64,000 nt of DNA from an uncultured Bacteroidota bacterium (GTDB taxonomy: Bacteria; CLD3; SB21): contig CAZLWA010000048.1 in NCBI GenBank assembly GCA_964563165.1, positions 10,086 through 74,085 on the forward strand, given 5' to 3'. Below are positions 19,097-28,843 of this stretch, in pieces. How positions within the stretch are numbered: position 1 is the first letter of the stretch; each line of letters begins with the position of its first letter. The notes beneath the pieces are model-generated. The model was not told the DNA's origin. It searched no databases and saw only the letters and a list, made by a program, of their open reading frames with translations. Position numbers and translations under genes: made by a program.

Positions 19097-20179
19097 TTAT
19101 CCTTCCCGGCCTGTGTAAATATTTTTTGCGGTGTGCAATAACCGCAGCAGATCAATGCTCATAATGTAAAACCCTTTACCGGAATGCGTATGGATATTCC
19201 ACCCGTACCCAAAGCCGATCGAACTGTTAAATCCGTAGGCGATCAAACCTACTCCGACTTCAATCGTGTGCGTGGGATCAAAATCAACGAACGACACATT
19301 GATGCCCAGTGAAAAATTTTTCCACAGTTTTTCAGATTTCGCGGCTCCGCTGAAACAGCTGTAAAGCAGCGAAGCGCCGGCTGCCGGCTTAAAATTCGAA
19401 CTCCCCGCTCCCGTATTTGAATGCCCGGCCCGTTTGATAAAGCCCAGGGACGGCCGCAATTCAACGTTCCATCCCACCGGTTCGATCCGGAAATAATTGA
19501 TCAGCTGCCGCGAGGAGTTCCTGCTGGTGGCTTCAACGACTATCTTAACCTGGTCGCCTTCGCTCAGATTTTCCCCGGTTAAATTGATCTCAACGTCCAC
19601 GACGTCATCCACGACATCACCTTTCGAATTCACGGAAAGCGACCGCGTTTTGCTGCGCGTGCAATAGCCGCTGTCGGATTGCATAGACTGGAAATAGTTC
19701 GGGATTTCGAGTGGATATTGTTTTCCGCTGCCAAGGATGACCGTACCCCGGACTCCGATGGTCATAGCCGCAAGGCCGGCCTGGATCTCGGCCAGTTCCG
19801 CAAGCGCAGCTTTCAACGGTTCGGCATATTTATCCAGTATTTTTTGCGAATCCGATTTGTCCCCCAGGCGGCTTAGATTATCGTCACGCTCTTTCTGAAG
19901 GACGCCGATGTATGAATTGAGGACACGCATTTTATTTTGAATGGAATCCAGGTTGCCTGAAGTCATCCCTTCCCGCATCAACCCCTTCAAAAAAACAATC
20001 CGGATATTCGTGGAAGGGGCTGTGGGTGTGATCAGGCGGTCGATCTTATTGTCAACCGATCCGTTCTCAAAACGCCGGCTCATCGTAGTAAAGAAAATGG
20101 GATTCAATTTATCGATCTGAGAAAATAACGACGAAGAAAAGCCGGCCGTGAAAACCATAAATAGGATTACGCGTTTCAT
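19097..20179 (-). CDS. Hypothetical secreted protein, possibly outer-membrane associated
   Basis: Signal peptide MKRVILFMVFTAGFSSSLFSQ. The C-terminal half is rich in alternating beta-strand-like segments. No family recognised. Confidence 0.55.
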   Translation of the reverse strand: MKRVILFMVFTAGFSSSLFSQIDKLNPIFFTTMSRRFENGSVDNKIDRLITPTAPSTNIRIVFLKGLMREGMTSGNLDSIQNKMRVLNSYIGVLQKERDDNLSRLGDKSDSQKILDKYAEPLKAALAELAEIQAGLAAMTIGVRGTVILGSGKQYPLEIPNYFQSMQSDSGYCTRSKTRSLSVNSKGDVVDDVVDVEINLTGENLSEGDQVKIVVEATSRNSSRQLINYFRIEPVGWNVELRPSLGFIKRAGHSNTGAGSSNFKPAAGASLLYSCFSGAAKSEKLWKNFSLGINVSFVDFDPTHTIEVGVGLIAYGFNSSIGFGYGWNIHTHSGKGFYIMSIDLLRLLHTAKNIYTGREG

Positions 20180-20242
20180 AGATTTATCCGTTTTGAGTCC
20201 AAGGAATAAGTAACTGAAAAAAATCGGTTAAAGCGTTTCTCA

Positions 20243-21436
20243 CTAGAAATAAATGATCGTTGATACGCTGACTGTTATATAGGAAAGCTTCCGGTTATCG
20301 GGCACAAAATCATCTTTGACCTCAAAAGCCTTTCTCGTAACAGCGAGATCGAGCGCGAATTTCTTGAAAATATATCCCGTACCCACAGAGATCGCGGTTC
20401 CCGTCACCTGGGAAGAATAATTACCGCTGCCGTCGGTGTCCGCAAAAAGAGTCGGAACGGTTTTAAATCCGGCACGGATAGGGATCGCGCCGCTTTCCGA
20501 GACGATCAGGTATTCCGCTCCGATTCGGATCGCGCTCAGGTTTTTCTTGCTCGCGCTGAAGTTGAACTTAGTACCTGGGGGATCGTTATTATCGCTAACT
20601 TTTTCCACTTTGCTTTTGCCAAAAGCTCGGATATCATAATCAACCGCTACGATAAGATTTTCTCCGACACGGTAGGAAGCGCCAATACCGATCATCGTTG
20701 GAAGACTCCATTCCCATTTATAGTTATTCGCATCACTGCCGTCGGTAAAATTCCATTTGTCCGTCATCGTGAACCCCGATCGGTATGACGCACCGATACG
20801 CAATTGCGAGAATTCAGCAAGGGCGCCGGCCTGAAAATTAAATCCCGACCAATCATCTTTGTAGCTGAAAGAGCCCGCGCCGGCCCCGGCTATATCATTG
20901 TAGTTATACTTAGAGCTGCCGGTCCAAATATTTGCTGATGCGCCGAGTGAGAGCTGCGGGATGATTTTATATGCCAGGCCGGGTGAAATCGTGTTGACGC
21001 CGCCCGTTTGTTTTTCCTTAAAAACACCTGCCTGGTCTGAAAACAGAGGAATGTCGATCTGATTTTGGAAAGCTACTGCGGCGGTCAGTCTTTGGCCTCC
21101 GAGATCGAAAGGATACGCGATACTTCCAAAATTAAAACTGAAATGGTTATTGGTGCTGCTGAAGTTCGACGCCGGCGTGGTGGAGTACTTATATGTATCA
21201 AATGACTGTCTCACAACAAAGGATGCTTCCGGCCGCTCCAATTGAGTCAGACCGGCGGGATTCCATGATAGCGCGGTCGCATCATCGGCAACGCCGATAA
21301 ATGCTCCGCCCATTCCTTCCGCTCTCGCACCCGCACCGAGAATGTCCAGCGACCTCAATTGTCCCCATGCCGTGCAAGTGAGGAACACAAACATAATTCC
21401 TGCTGCTGCCAATCTTCTTGTAATCATGACTCTCAC
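20243..21436 (-). CDS. Outer-membrane beta-barrel protein, FadL/PorV-like
   Basis: A signal peptide, then GAGARAEGMGGAFIGVADDATALSWNPAGL (a FadL/PorV-type N-terminal motif). C-terminal aromatic residue (…IIYF). Confidence 0.7.
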   Translation of the reverse strand: MRVMITRRLAAAGIMFVFLTCTAWGQLRSLDILGAGARAEGMGGAFIGVADDATALSWNPAGLTQLERPEASFVVRQSFDTYKYSTTPASNFSSTNNHFSFNFGSIAYPFDLGGQRLTAAVAFQNQIDIPLFSDQAGVFKEKQTGGVNTISPGLAYKIIPQLSLGASANIWTGSSKYNYNDIAGAGAGSFSYKDDWSGFNFQAGALAEFSQLRIGASYRSGFTMTDKWNFTDGSDANNYKWEWSLPTMIGIGASYRVGENLIVAVDYDIRAFGKSKVEKVSDNNDPPGTKFNFSASKKNLSAIRIGAEYLIVSESGAIPIRAGFKTVPTLFADTDGSGNYSSQVTGTAISVGTGYIFKKFALDLAVTRKAFEVKDDFVPDNRKLSYITVSVSTIIYF

Positions 21437-21587
21437 TCCTGAGTTAGTTAATACCTTCGATTTTTTAAAAAGGAAAGATCATTTATCAATATGCATGGTC
21501 CGCAAAGCGATGGCCGCAGCCATTTAATATAAGGAACGGTCAAGGCAAGCGAAATGACTTTCGTCAGCCCATGAGCCCATCGGGCTC

Positions 21588-23099
21588 TCACTTGATCATG
21601 ACCTTGTCCCCGACTTGCATCTTATTTTGCGATTGGACGATCCGGGCGATCGAGAATTGTTCCTGAACTTGCGTAATGACCAATTCGCCTACAGGCGTTA
21701 CTTTTCTGCCGAGGCTCTGTTTTGTGATGGGATGGATGATCTCGTCGCCTTCGCGATAGGCCACGCATTTCGTACCTTTGCGAATACCTTTGTCGGTTCC
21801 GATATCGATGTAAATGGATTCATCGGAGTCGAATTTAATGACCAAGCCGATGAGCAACGGAATTTCGTTATAAATGGAAATTGCCAGTTCTTCTACTTTT
21901 TTTTCAATGCTCTGGAGATCTGTAGCTTCAGTTCCCTTTTCTTTGGCTACAATGGCTTCGGCCGTTTCCGTGTCGATCAGCCTCGCGCTCACTTTGGCAA
22001 ATCCGGTGGTCACGTTGATGCTGCCCAGGACAATGACATCCGCCCCTATTATTTTTCCGACTTTAGCTGCCGTGGCTTCGTCCACATTGTCGGTTAGATT
22101 GAAGTTCTGCTCTTTGGTAATTTTGTCGATCTGATCGCGTTCAATAACCTTGAAGCGGCGCAGATTGACCAATTGCGTCACCAGTTTTTCGCTCACGCCT
22201 TCCCCCAAACCCCGGGCATCCCCTTTATTCTGGAAGGGCAGCACGGCCAGAGACAACCGGGAACCGACCTGGGGGATCTTTGACGCATCATACGTCAGGC
22301 CGCCCAGCAGGATGCCGCCGGCTGCAGCCATTTTTTTGGTCGATTCGGAAATGCGTTTTCTTTCTTTTTCAAGATTTTCCTGTTCGGCCTTTATGCGTTC
22401 ACGCTCGGCATCCAGCTTTTTCTGTGTGTCCTTCTGCCGCTGTAATTCTTTTCGTTTTTCCTCTTCATTTTTCATTTGCTCCATGCGCTTACGTTCTTTT
22501 TCCTGCTTTTCCTGCTCCTGGCGCAATTTTTCTTTTTGTTCATCCAATTCTTTTTGAATTCGAGCCTGCTGCTCCTGCTCCTTTTGCCTTTCCAATTCTC
22601 TTTGTTTTTCCGATGCTTTGTTTTCGACCACCGCGGTGTAGCCGCCATTACATTTTGCCAGAAATTCATTCGCACGGCCGGTCGATGCGTAGGCTAGCGA
22701 GAGTTCTAATTCCCGTTTCGCGTTATCGCATTCTCCCAATTGGAAATACGCGACGCCCATTTCCCGGTGCGGAAAATATTCGATAAAATGCGTGCCGTAG
22801 GTCCGTTTGTTTTTCTTGTCCTCGTACTCCAGAGAAGAGGCCGCTTTCAATTCTTCAAGCGCCCGGAGCCAGTCCGCTCTCTCCAGATATTTTAATCCTC
22901 GGTTGTACATATTATAGAATTTCTCCTGCGCGCTGAGATGGGGCGATAGGAACAACACCAACCCTATGAAAAGTATCAAGGCGTTCATCGGGTTGAATTC
23001 CCGCACGGCATTTTTAAGAACCTCTGAACGCCCCGGCTTACGAATCACCGGAGTTGCTTCAGGTCTGAAACAAGGCATGCGCATTTTGTTCGGGTCCAT
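21588..23099 (-). CDS. Secreted protein with a TPR-like N-terminus, a long Lys/Glu-rich coiled coil and a CsgG/LpoB/FlgO-like periplasmic domain. The true start is probably near 22988 (MNALILF…).
   Basis: The C-terminal domain motif LAVLPFQNKGD…KLVTQLVNLRRFKVIERDQIDKI…VIVLGSI is typical of the CsgG/LpoB/TolB-N-terminal fold. The low-complexity central region (about 22300-22650) reads EQEKQEKERKRMEQ. Confidence 0.6.
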   Translation of the reverse strand: MDPNKMRMPCFRPEATPVIRKPGRSEVLKNAVREFNPMNALILFIGLVLFLSPHLSAQEKFYNMYNRGLKYLERADWLRALEELKAASSLEYEDKKNKRTYGTHFIEYFPHREMGVAYFQLGECDNAKRELELSLAYASTGRANEFLAKCNGGYTAVVENKASEKQRELERQKEQEQQARIQKELDEQKEKLRQEQEKQEKERKRMEQMKNEEEKRKELQRQKDTQKKLDAERERIKAEQENLEKERKRISESTKKMAAAGGILLGGLTYDASKIPQVGSRLSLAVLPFQNKGDARGLGEGVSEKLVTQLVNLRRFKVIERDQIDKITKEQNFNLTDNVDEATAAKVGKIIGADVIVLGSINVTTGFAKVSARLIDTETAEAIVAKEKGTEATDLQSIEKKVEELAISIYNEIPLLIGLVIKFDSDESIYIDIGTDKGIRKGTKCVAYREGDEIIHPITKQSLGRKVTPVGELVITQVQEQFSIARIVQSQNKMQVGDKVMIK

Positions 23100-23265
23100 A
23101 TTAGAAACTTGGAAAGGAAATCGGAGAACCTGTAAGAAAATTCCGGATGATCGATTCAGAATTTGATATCAAAATTACCCGAAAAGTAAACACGGCTATT
23201 GAAATGATAATGATTGGCGTTCAAATGTAAACCCTGCACCATGAAAAGTCAAACAAAATCTGTCA

Positions 23266-24441
23266 CTAAAATCCTATTTTTACCAGCGTTCGATCGTATT
23301 TTGAATTGATCGCATCCACTACTTTCAGCAGCCCGTCGCGCTTTTCCGTTTCCAGCAGATCCAGCGTAAGATCCTTTTCGCCGAATTTGGAAACGCCTAA
23401 GCCGATCAACCGGATCGGATCGTGCGCCGTATCGGCTTTTTCCAGCAGCGCCTTCGCTTTCTTGAACAGGACCGCCGGATCGTACGTCGCAGATACGGCC
23501 GCCTGCCGTGTGTGCGTCTCCCAATCGGCGTACCGTAATTTTATGTGAATGCATTGCGCCTTAAGATCATGAGCACGCAAAGCGGCGGAAAGTTTTAGTG
23601 CCATGCCGTGAAGCGTTTCGAATAAAAACTTTTTATCACGTGTGTCTTCGGCAAACGTCACTTCGGCGGAAATTTGTTTTTGTTCACGGCCGGTCGTCAA
23701 CTGCTGAGGGCCTTTTCCCCGCGCAGATTCCTGGATATGTAATCCCCATTTTCCGAAGGTTCGTCCGACCGAGTCGGAATTCATCCCGGCTAAATGTCCG
23801 CAGGTTTGAATATCGTACTCGTTCAAAGATTTCAGCATCACCCTGCCGACCCCGGGCAGTACGTGGACGTTTAGCGGCGCCAGAAATTCAGCTTCTCTCC
23901 CGCTCTCAATTTCTTTCACGCCGAAGGGCTTAGCCTGATCGCATGCAATTTTCGCGGTGATCTTATTGGAAGCAATGCCGATAGCGGAAGGTAATCCGAT
24001 GGTATCCAAAATATCTTTTTGAATCTTACCCGCGAATTGAAACATCGGTTCATGGAACAGTTTCTCACATCCGGTCCAATCAATGTAAAATTCATCCACG
24101 CTCGCCTGTTCAAAGATGGGCGCATAGGGCTTTAAAAACGATTTTACTTTTTCGGAATACTCGTGATACGCTTCGTGGTGGCTGTCAACCCGGATGGCGA
24201 ACGGGCATTTGCGCTGCGCGATGGCGGTGGACATACCTGCGCGTATCCCGTACGGCCGCACTTCGTACGAGGCGCACGTGACGACCCCGCGCTGTTCCGC
24301 TTTGCCCGCAACCATGATCGGTTTACCGGCCAGACCGGGGTTGATCAACCGTTCGACGGAAACGAAAAAAGCCGTGAGGTCGATATGTGCGATTCTCGTG
24401 TTAAGCAAATATCTCTTTCTGCCACGAAGGCACGAAGCCAC
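23266..24441 (-). CDS. dinB: DNA polymerase IV (Y-family). The true start is probably an internal TTG near 24408, because the first roughly 11 codons are translated from a family-2 repeat.
   Basis: IAHIDLTAFFVSVERL and palm/finger motifs of the Y-family. The N-terminus MASCLRGRK overlaps the repeat at 24421-24445. Confidence 0.85.
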   Translation of the reverse strand: MASCLRGRKRYLLNTRIAHIDLTAFFVSVERLINPGLAGKPIMVAGKAEQRGVVTCASYEVRPYGIRAGMSTAIAQRKCPFAIRVDSHHEAYHEYSEKVKSFLKPYAPIFEQASVDEFYIDWTGCEKLFHEPMFQFAGKIQKDILDTIGLPSAIGIASNKITAKIACDQAKPFGVKEIESGREAEFLAPLNVHVLPGVGRVMLKSLNEYDIQTCGHLAGMNSDSVGRTFGKWGLHIQESARGKGPQQLTTGREQKQISAEVTFAEDTRDKKFLFETLHGMALKLSAALRAHDLKAQCIHIKLRYADWETHTRQAAVSATYDPAVLFKKAKALLEKADTAHDPIRLIGLGVSKFGEKDLTLDLLETEKRDGLLKVVDAINSKYDRTLVKIGF

Positions 24442-24502
24442 AAAGTTTCACAAAGGATTTAATTATTTATAGTGGGACTTAGTGCCTTAGTGTCTTTGTG
24501 GC
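24421..24502. repeat. Family-2 palindromic element. GCCACGAAGGCACGAAGCCACAAAG, about 33 nt, then TTAGTGCCTTAGTGTCTTTGTGGC.
   Basis: An inverted pair that fills the dinB/YdeP junction. It contributes spurious terminal residues to both ORFs. Confidence 0.75.
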
Positions 24503-26720
24503 TATAAATTTCTACAATCGCATTGAAATCGGGAATCAGCGCTTCCGGATCGAGCACGCCGCGTTTCAACAACACATTTCCTTCCGGCCAATGCACCTGG
24601 ACGTTTCCCGGAGTTATCGGAGAAAATTTTACCCGCCCTTTGAATTGGCCTTGCTCATTTTTCAATGTAATGACCTGGCCGTCCCGTAAATCCAATCCTG
24701 CCGCATCCTCTCGGCAAATTAGGATCGAATCTCGAAAAGCACCGGTCAGGGAATCCTCGTTTGCCTGAACCATGCTGTTAAATTGTTTTCCGCGGCGGGT
24801 GGAAACAAAAAATTGGCCGGATCCCAGCTGAAATTCTTTCGGTTTCACGATCGTGAAGTTTGCTTTGCCGTTGATCGTATCAAACTTCCATCCGTCACAA
24901 AGCCGCTGCCCGCCCCACTGCACCTGGTCGCCGGTCGCCCGTAAATGCTGGATCCCTTCATAGAACGGAACGATGGCCGCAATTTCCTTCCGTATATCCC
25001 AACCGGAATCAAAATGAATCTGGTCTTTTCGTTCCGGATAGACCCGCTCGGCCAATTCCATCATAATTTCCCATTCGCTTTTCGCTTCGCCCGTCTCGTT
25101 CCCGTCGATCTGCGGGCTGTAAATGATCCGCCGTTCGGTCGTTGTCTCCGTACCCCCGTCGCGCTGTTCATAGCGTGTTTTCGCCGGCAGCAAAATGACC
25201 GTCTCCGCCGGGTCCATCAGCATTTGATTGGTCAGGATAATATCCTGATGCACACGCAGCGGAATTTTAGCAACGGCGTCATGCACATACTGCGGATCGG
25301 GCAATACTTCCAAGAAATTTCCGCCGACCTGATACAACACATCTATTTCTCCCCGTGCGGCCGCATCGATCATTTCCACCGCCGTCAGGCCGCGCCGGTC
25401 ACGAATGGGAAAACCGTATTGCGCCGATAATGTTTTTGCATTTTCCGCATTCACCGGCTTTCCTCCCGGAAATGCGGTCGCGTAAGCTCCTACTTCCGCG
25501 CCTCCCTGAACGCCCGAATGCCCCCGGATCGGCATCAGCCCGCATTTTTCACGGCCGACAAATCCTTTCGTCAATGCCAGATTGATGATCGCACGCACGC
25601 CGTCGCTGCCGCAGGCGTGCTGAGTAATTCCCATGCTCCAAACAAAAATCGCTGTGCGGGCCTGATGGATCATCTCGGCAAATGTTCTCATACGGTCACG
25701 CGACGCACCGGAAAATTTTTCCAAATTCTCCCACGATTCATGGTCAAGATAACTTTTCAGTTCGTCATATCCGGCAGAATAATTCTTAATGAAGGCCTCG
25801 TCGCAATAATTTTGAATACCCATCCACTTGATCACGCCATTAATGAACGCGATATCGCCGCCTGTGTGCACATGAAAAAATTCATCCGTGATCTTCGTAC
25901 CGAACAGGGCGCTCTCCGTCACCGACGGCACCCAGTAATTTTCCATCCCCGGCTCGCGGTACGGATTCACGCACACGACCTTCGTTCCGTTCTTCTTCGC
26001 GTAGTGCAGATACTTCATGGTCACGGGCTGATCGTTGGCCGCGTTCGACCCAAAAAAAACGATGAGGTCCGTTCCAAACCAGTCCGTGTAACTGCAGGTC
26101 GTGGCGGACGCACCGACCGCGCCTTTCAATGCGCCCGTACTCGGTGAGTGGCAGATGCGCGCGGAATTGTCAATATTATTCGTTCCCAGGAACCTCACAA
26201 CTTTTTGAGCTACGTAATAAACTTCATTCGTGATTCCCCGGGATGTCAGATAAAAAGCCAGGCGGTCCGGCAGTGTCTTTTTTATTCTTTCCGCTATCAC
26301 GCCATACGCTTCATGCCAGGAAATGCGGCGGAATCCGGGTTCCCCTTTTTCCCGGATCATCGGATAGGGTAATCGGCCGAGTTCTCGCAGTTCGTGATTT
26401 TTCATTTTCCGTAAGGACGGAACATCTTCCAGCAGCCGGATTTCCAGAGGAGGCATCGTATTCATGCGCAAGAGTTTTAACCGCACCATGCACAAATGCA
26501 CGCCGTCGATCGTCCAGTCATGAAACCCCGCCACACCCAGCGCACATCCGTCGCACACCCCTTTCGAAAGAACGCGCCACGCATGCCTGAGATTGTCGCG
26601 ATTTTCCCAGACCACTTTCGCCATATCCCAAAAATGATTCGGTTTTGTTTTACCGATACCGTTCGGGGACAGGCTGACCCACGACTTCGGGTTCCAGGAT
26701 TTTTTTATTTTTATGGTCAT
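24459..26720 (-). CDS. FdhF/YdeP-family molybdopterin oxidoreductase alpha subunit (Cys form, no in-frame TGA)
   Basis: 753 aa with the N-terminus KKSWNPKSWVSLSPNGIGKTKPNHFWDMAKVVWENRDNL typical of the YdeP/Fdh-alpha-like family, and a 4Fe-4S Cys motif CDGCALG. Confidence 0.75.
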   Translation of the reverse strand: MTIKIKKSWNPKSWVSLSPNGIGKTKPNHFWDMAKVVWENRDNLRHAWRVLSKGVCDGCALGVAGFHDWTIDGVHLCMVRLKLLRMNTMPPLEIRLLEDVPSLRKMKNHELRELGRLPYPMIREKGEPGFRRISWHEAYGVIAERIKKTLPDRLAFYLTSRGITNEVYYVAQKVVRFLGTNNIDNSARICHSPSTGALKGAVGASATTCSYTDWFGTDLIVFFGSNAANDQPVTMKYLHYAKKNGTKVVCVNPYREPGMENYWVPSVTESALFGTKITDEFFHVHTGGDIAFINGVIKWMGIQNYCDEAFIKNYSAGYDELKSYLDHESWENLEKFSGASRDRMRTFAEMIHQARTAIFVWSMGITQHACGSDGVRAIINLALTKGFVGREKCGLMPIRGHSGVQGGAEVGAYATAFPGGKPVNAENAKTLSAQYGFPIRDRRGLTAVEMIDAAARGEIDVLYQVGGNFLEVLPDPQYVHDAVAKIPLRVHQDIILTNQMLMDPAETVILLPAKTRYEQRDGGTETTTERRIIYSPQIDGNETGEAKSEWEIMMELAERVYPERKDQIHFDSGWDIRKEIAAIVPFYEGIQHLRATGDQVQWGGQRLCDGWKFDTINGKANFTIVKPKEFQLGSGQFFVSTRRGKQFNSMVQANEDSLTGAFRDSILICREDAAGLDLRDGQVITLKNEQGQFKGRVKFSPITPGNVQVHWPEGNVLLKRGVLDPEALIPDFNAIVEIYSHKDTKALSPTINN

Positions 26721-26741
26721 TCGCTGTTTTCAATCATGTTT

Positions 26742-27728
26742 TTAAAATGAGACACGCGTACCCGCATTTTTTCGTTCAGCTTCGGCAATGACAAAACTCG
26801 CGGCAACAAGGTCCTGAGCCGCATTGCCCACGGATTTGAAAAGGGTCATTTCGCTTTCAGAAACTCTTCCCGGAAGCATCCCCGATACAATTTCTCCCAA
26901 TTCCGCATAAACGTGATTTTTGTCAATGATGCCTTCCTGCAACGGGATAACCAGATCGCCCGCTTCCGACCACGCCGCCTCACGCTGGTCAACAACGACC
27001 TTCGATCTCTTCACGGTCGCCGATGGAATTTCGCGTGCAATCGCCAGATACGAACCCATGCCGTTAATGTGGACGCCGGGTTTCAAATTTTCATTCGAAA
27101 AAACCGGTTCAGATGAGGTGGTTGCCGTGCATACAATATCCGCCATTGTCAACTGCCCGGGCGACGAACCGGTCTCAACATCAATTTTATGTCTTCTCCT
27201 TATTTCTTCGGCAAATTTTTCCGTATTCGATCTTTTCCTGCCGAAGACCAGAATTTTTTTTATCGGACGCACAGCGATGACAGCCTCAACCTGTTTTTGG
27301 GCCTGCCCGCCGGTCCCGAAAATGGCGAGTGCTTCTGAATTTTTCCTGGCGAGCAAATCGGTGGCCAGGCCGGAAGCCGCACCGGTACGCATGGCTGTCA
27401 GGTATTCGGCATCGAGCAGCGCCAGCGGTTTCCCGTTTTTTCCGTCCATCACCATCATCATCCCGTGGATCAAAGGCAGTCCATTCGCCGGATTATCATG
27501 ATAAATAGAGACCGTTTTCAAGCCGGTCACTGAGTTTCTGGGGAGATACACGGGCATGAACAGGAAGCGCGCCTTACGATCCACGATTTCCATATGCATC
27601 CGCCGCGGCACGACGGCCTCCCGTGCCGATAGCTGCGAAAAGGCATCCTTCATGCATTCGATGGCTTGATCCATGGACAGCAGATTTTCAACATCTGCTC
27701 TCGATAAGAAAAGAATCTTTTCGGACAT
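26742..27728 (-). CDS. Ornithine cyclodeaminase/mu-crystallin family; likely delta1-pyrroline-2-carboxylate reductase
   Basis: 328-aa OCD/mu-crystallin fold adjacent to a Cys/Thr-type proline-racemase-family enzyme. Confidence 0.7.
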   Translation of the reverse strand: MSEKILFLSRADVENLLSMDQAIECMKDAFSQLSAREAVVPRRMHMEIVDRKARFLFMPVYLPRNSVTGLKTVSIYHDNPANGLPLIHGMMMVMDGKNGKPLALLDAEYLTAMRTGAASGLATDLLARKNSEALAIFGTGGQAQKQVEAVIAVRPIKKILVFGRKRSNTEKFAEEIRRRHKIDVETGSSPGQLTMADIVCTATTSSEPVFSNENLKPGVHINGMGSYLAIAREIPSATVKRSKVVVDQREAAWSEAGDLVIPLQEGIIDKNHVYAELGEIVSGMLPGRVSESEMTLFKSVGNAAQDLVAASFVIAEAERKNAGTRVSF

Positions 27729-27752
27729 AGATCTTTTGGAAAATGAAAATTC

Positions 27753-28811
27753 CTAACGAAAAATAAATCCGTTTTTCAGCGGGTCACCGGGATCGATCAG
27801 AAATTCATTTTTGCCGGAAATATGAGCGGTCCCTTCAATTTCCGGGATGACGGCTTGGTAAGGGCCAAACGTTGTCACTTCCTTGACGCGGCAATGAAAT
27901 TGACTGCCGACGATGCTTTCAATGGTCATCGTTTGATGGATGCCGATGTCTCCCCTCATAAAATGCAGGGCCATCCGTGCACTGACCCCGGTGCCGGTCG
28001 GGCTGCGGTCTACCTCGCCTTCCGCAAAAATGCAGACGTTACGGCTGTGAGCGCCCGAAGACATTGCCGGGCCGGTAAAAATGGTCCCGTATAAGAAACT
28101 TAAATCATTTTCAAAAGGATGCGGGATCGAAAAATTATTCATGACGGCACGTTTAATAGCCATTCCCTTTTCAATGAGCGACCGGTAATCCTCCGCGATC
28201 ATTCTTACTCCGACGTCCTCTGCCTTGACGAAAGCATAGAACGCGCCGCCAAACGCCAGGTCGAACCGCACCCGGCCGATATGCGGAACGTCGACGACTT
28301 GATCGAGCATCAAAACAAATGAAGGCACATTGTGAAAATAAACGCTCCCGACCTTTCCATTCTTTATACGCGCATACGCGGTGATCAACCCTGCCGGAGA
28401 ATCGATCCTCACAACGGTTTCCGGCCGCTTCATTTTTATCAGGCCCGTTTCCACGGCAACTTTGGTAACGGCAATGATCCCATGCCCGCACATCGTGCTG
28501 TAGCCTTCATTATGCAAAAATAAGACGCCGAAGTCTGCATGTTTCGTAATCGGTTCGGTCAGGATACATCCGTACATGTCGGCATGCCCGCGCGGTTCCC
28601 ACATCAGGGCCTTCCGGAAAAAGTCTAAATTTCCTTTCATGTACCGGCGGCGTTCCAGGATCGTTTTTCCCCTTAACGGCGGAATTCCCCCTGTGATAAT
28701 TCGAAGGGGCTCGCCGCCCGTATGCGCATCGATCGTCTTTATGCGAAGCCACTTTTTTGGCGGCGTCCATTTTTGCATTCTTTCCAATTTATTCGATAAT
28801 CGTTGTGGCAT
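27753..28811 (-). CDS. Proline racemase-superfamily enzyme of the Cys/Thr type; predicted trans-3-hydroxy-L-proline dehydratase
   Basis: The first catalytic residue is Cys in STMCGHG. At the second catalytic position the sequence reads VDRSPTGTG, so Thr replaces Cys. Confidence 0.7.
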   Translation of the reverse strand: MPQRLSNKLERMQKWTPPKKWLRIKTIDAHTGGEPLRIITGGIPPLRGKTILERRRYMKGNLDFFRKALMWEPRGHADMYGCILTEPITKHADFGVLFLHNEGYSTMCGHGIIAVTKVAVETGLIKMKRPETVVRIDSPAGLITAYARIKNGKVGSVYFHNVPSFVLMLDQVVDVPHIGRVRFDLAFGGAFYAFVKAEDVGVRMIAEDYRSLIEKGMAIKRAVMNNFSIPHPFENDLSFLYGTIFTGPAMSSGAHSRNVCIFAEGEVDRSPTGTGVSARMALHFMRGDIGIHQTMTIESIVGSQFHCRVKEVTTFGPYQAVIPEIEGTAHISGKNEFLIDPGDPLKNGFIFR

Positions 28812-28843
28812 GACTTGATTTTACTGTAAACGGGTAAGAAGTC

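Noticed and set aside
22150-22786. Plus-strand ORFs of 135, 168 and 73 aa antisense to the CsgG-like gene, rich in S/F/L/R
   Set aside because: They lie within the low-complexity coiled-coil-coding region (GAA/AAG repeats) of the minus-strand gene, and their periodic composition is an artefact of the complementary strand.
25518-26147. A 209-aa plus-strand ORF
   Set aside because: It is antisense within the YdeP-family oxidoreductase gene, and its GC-skewed composition is an artefact.
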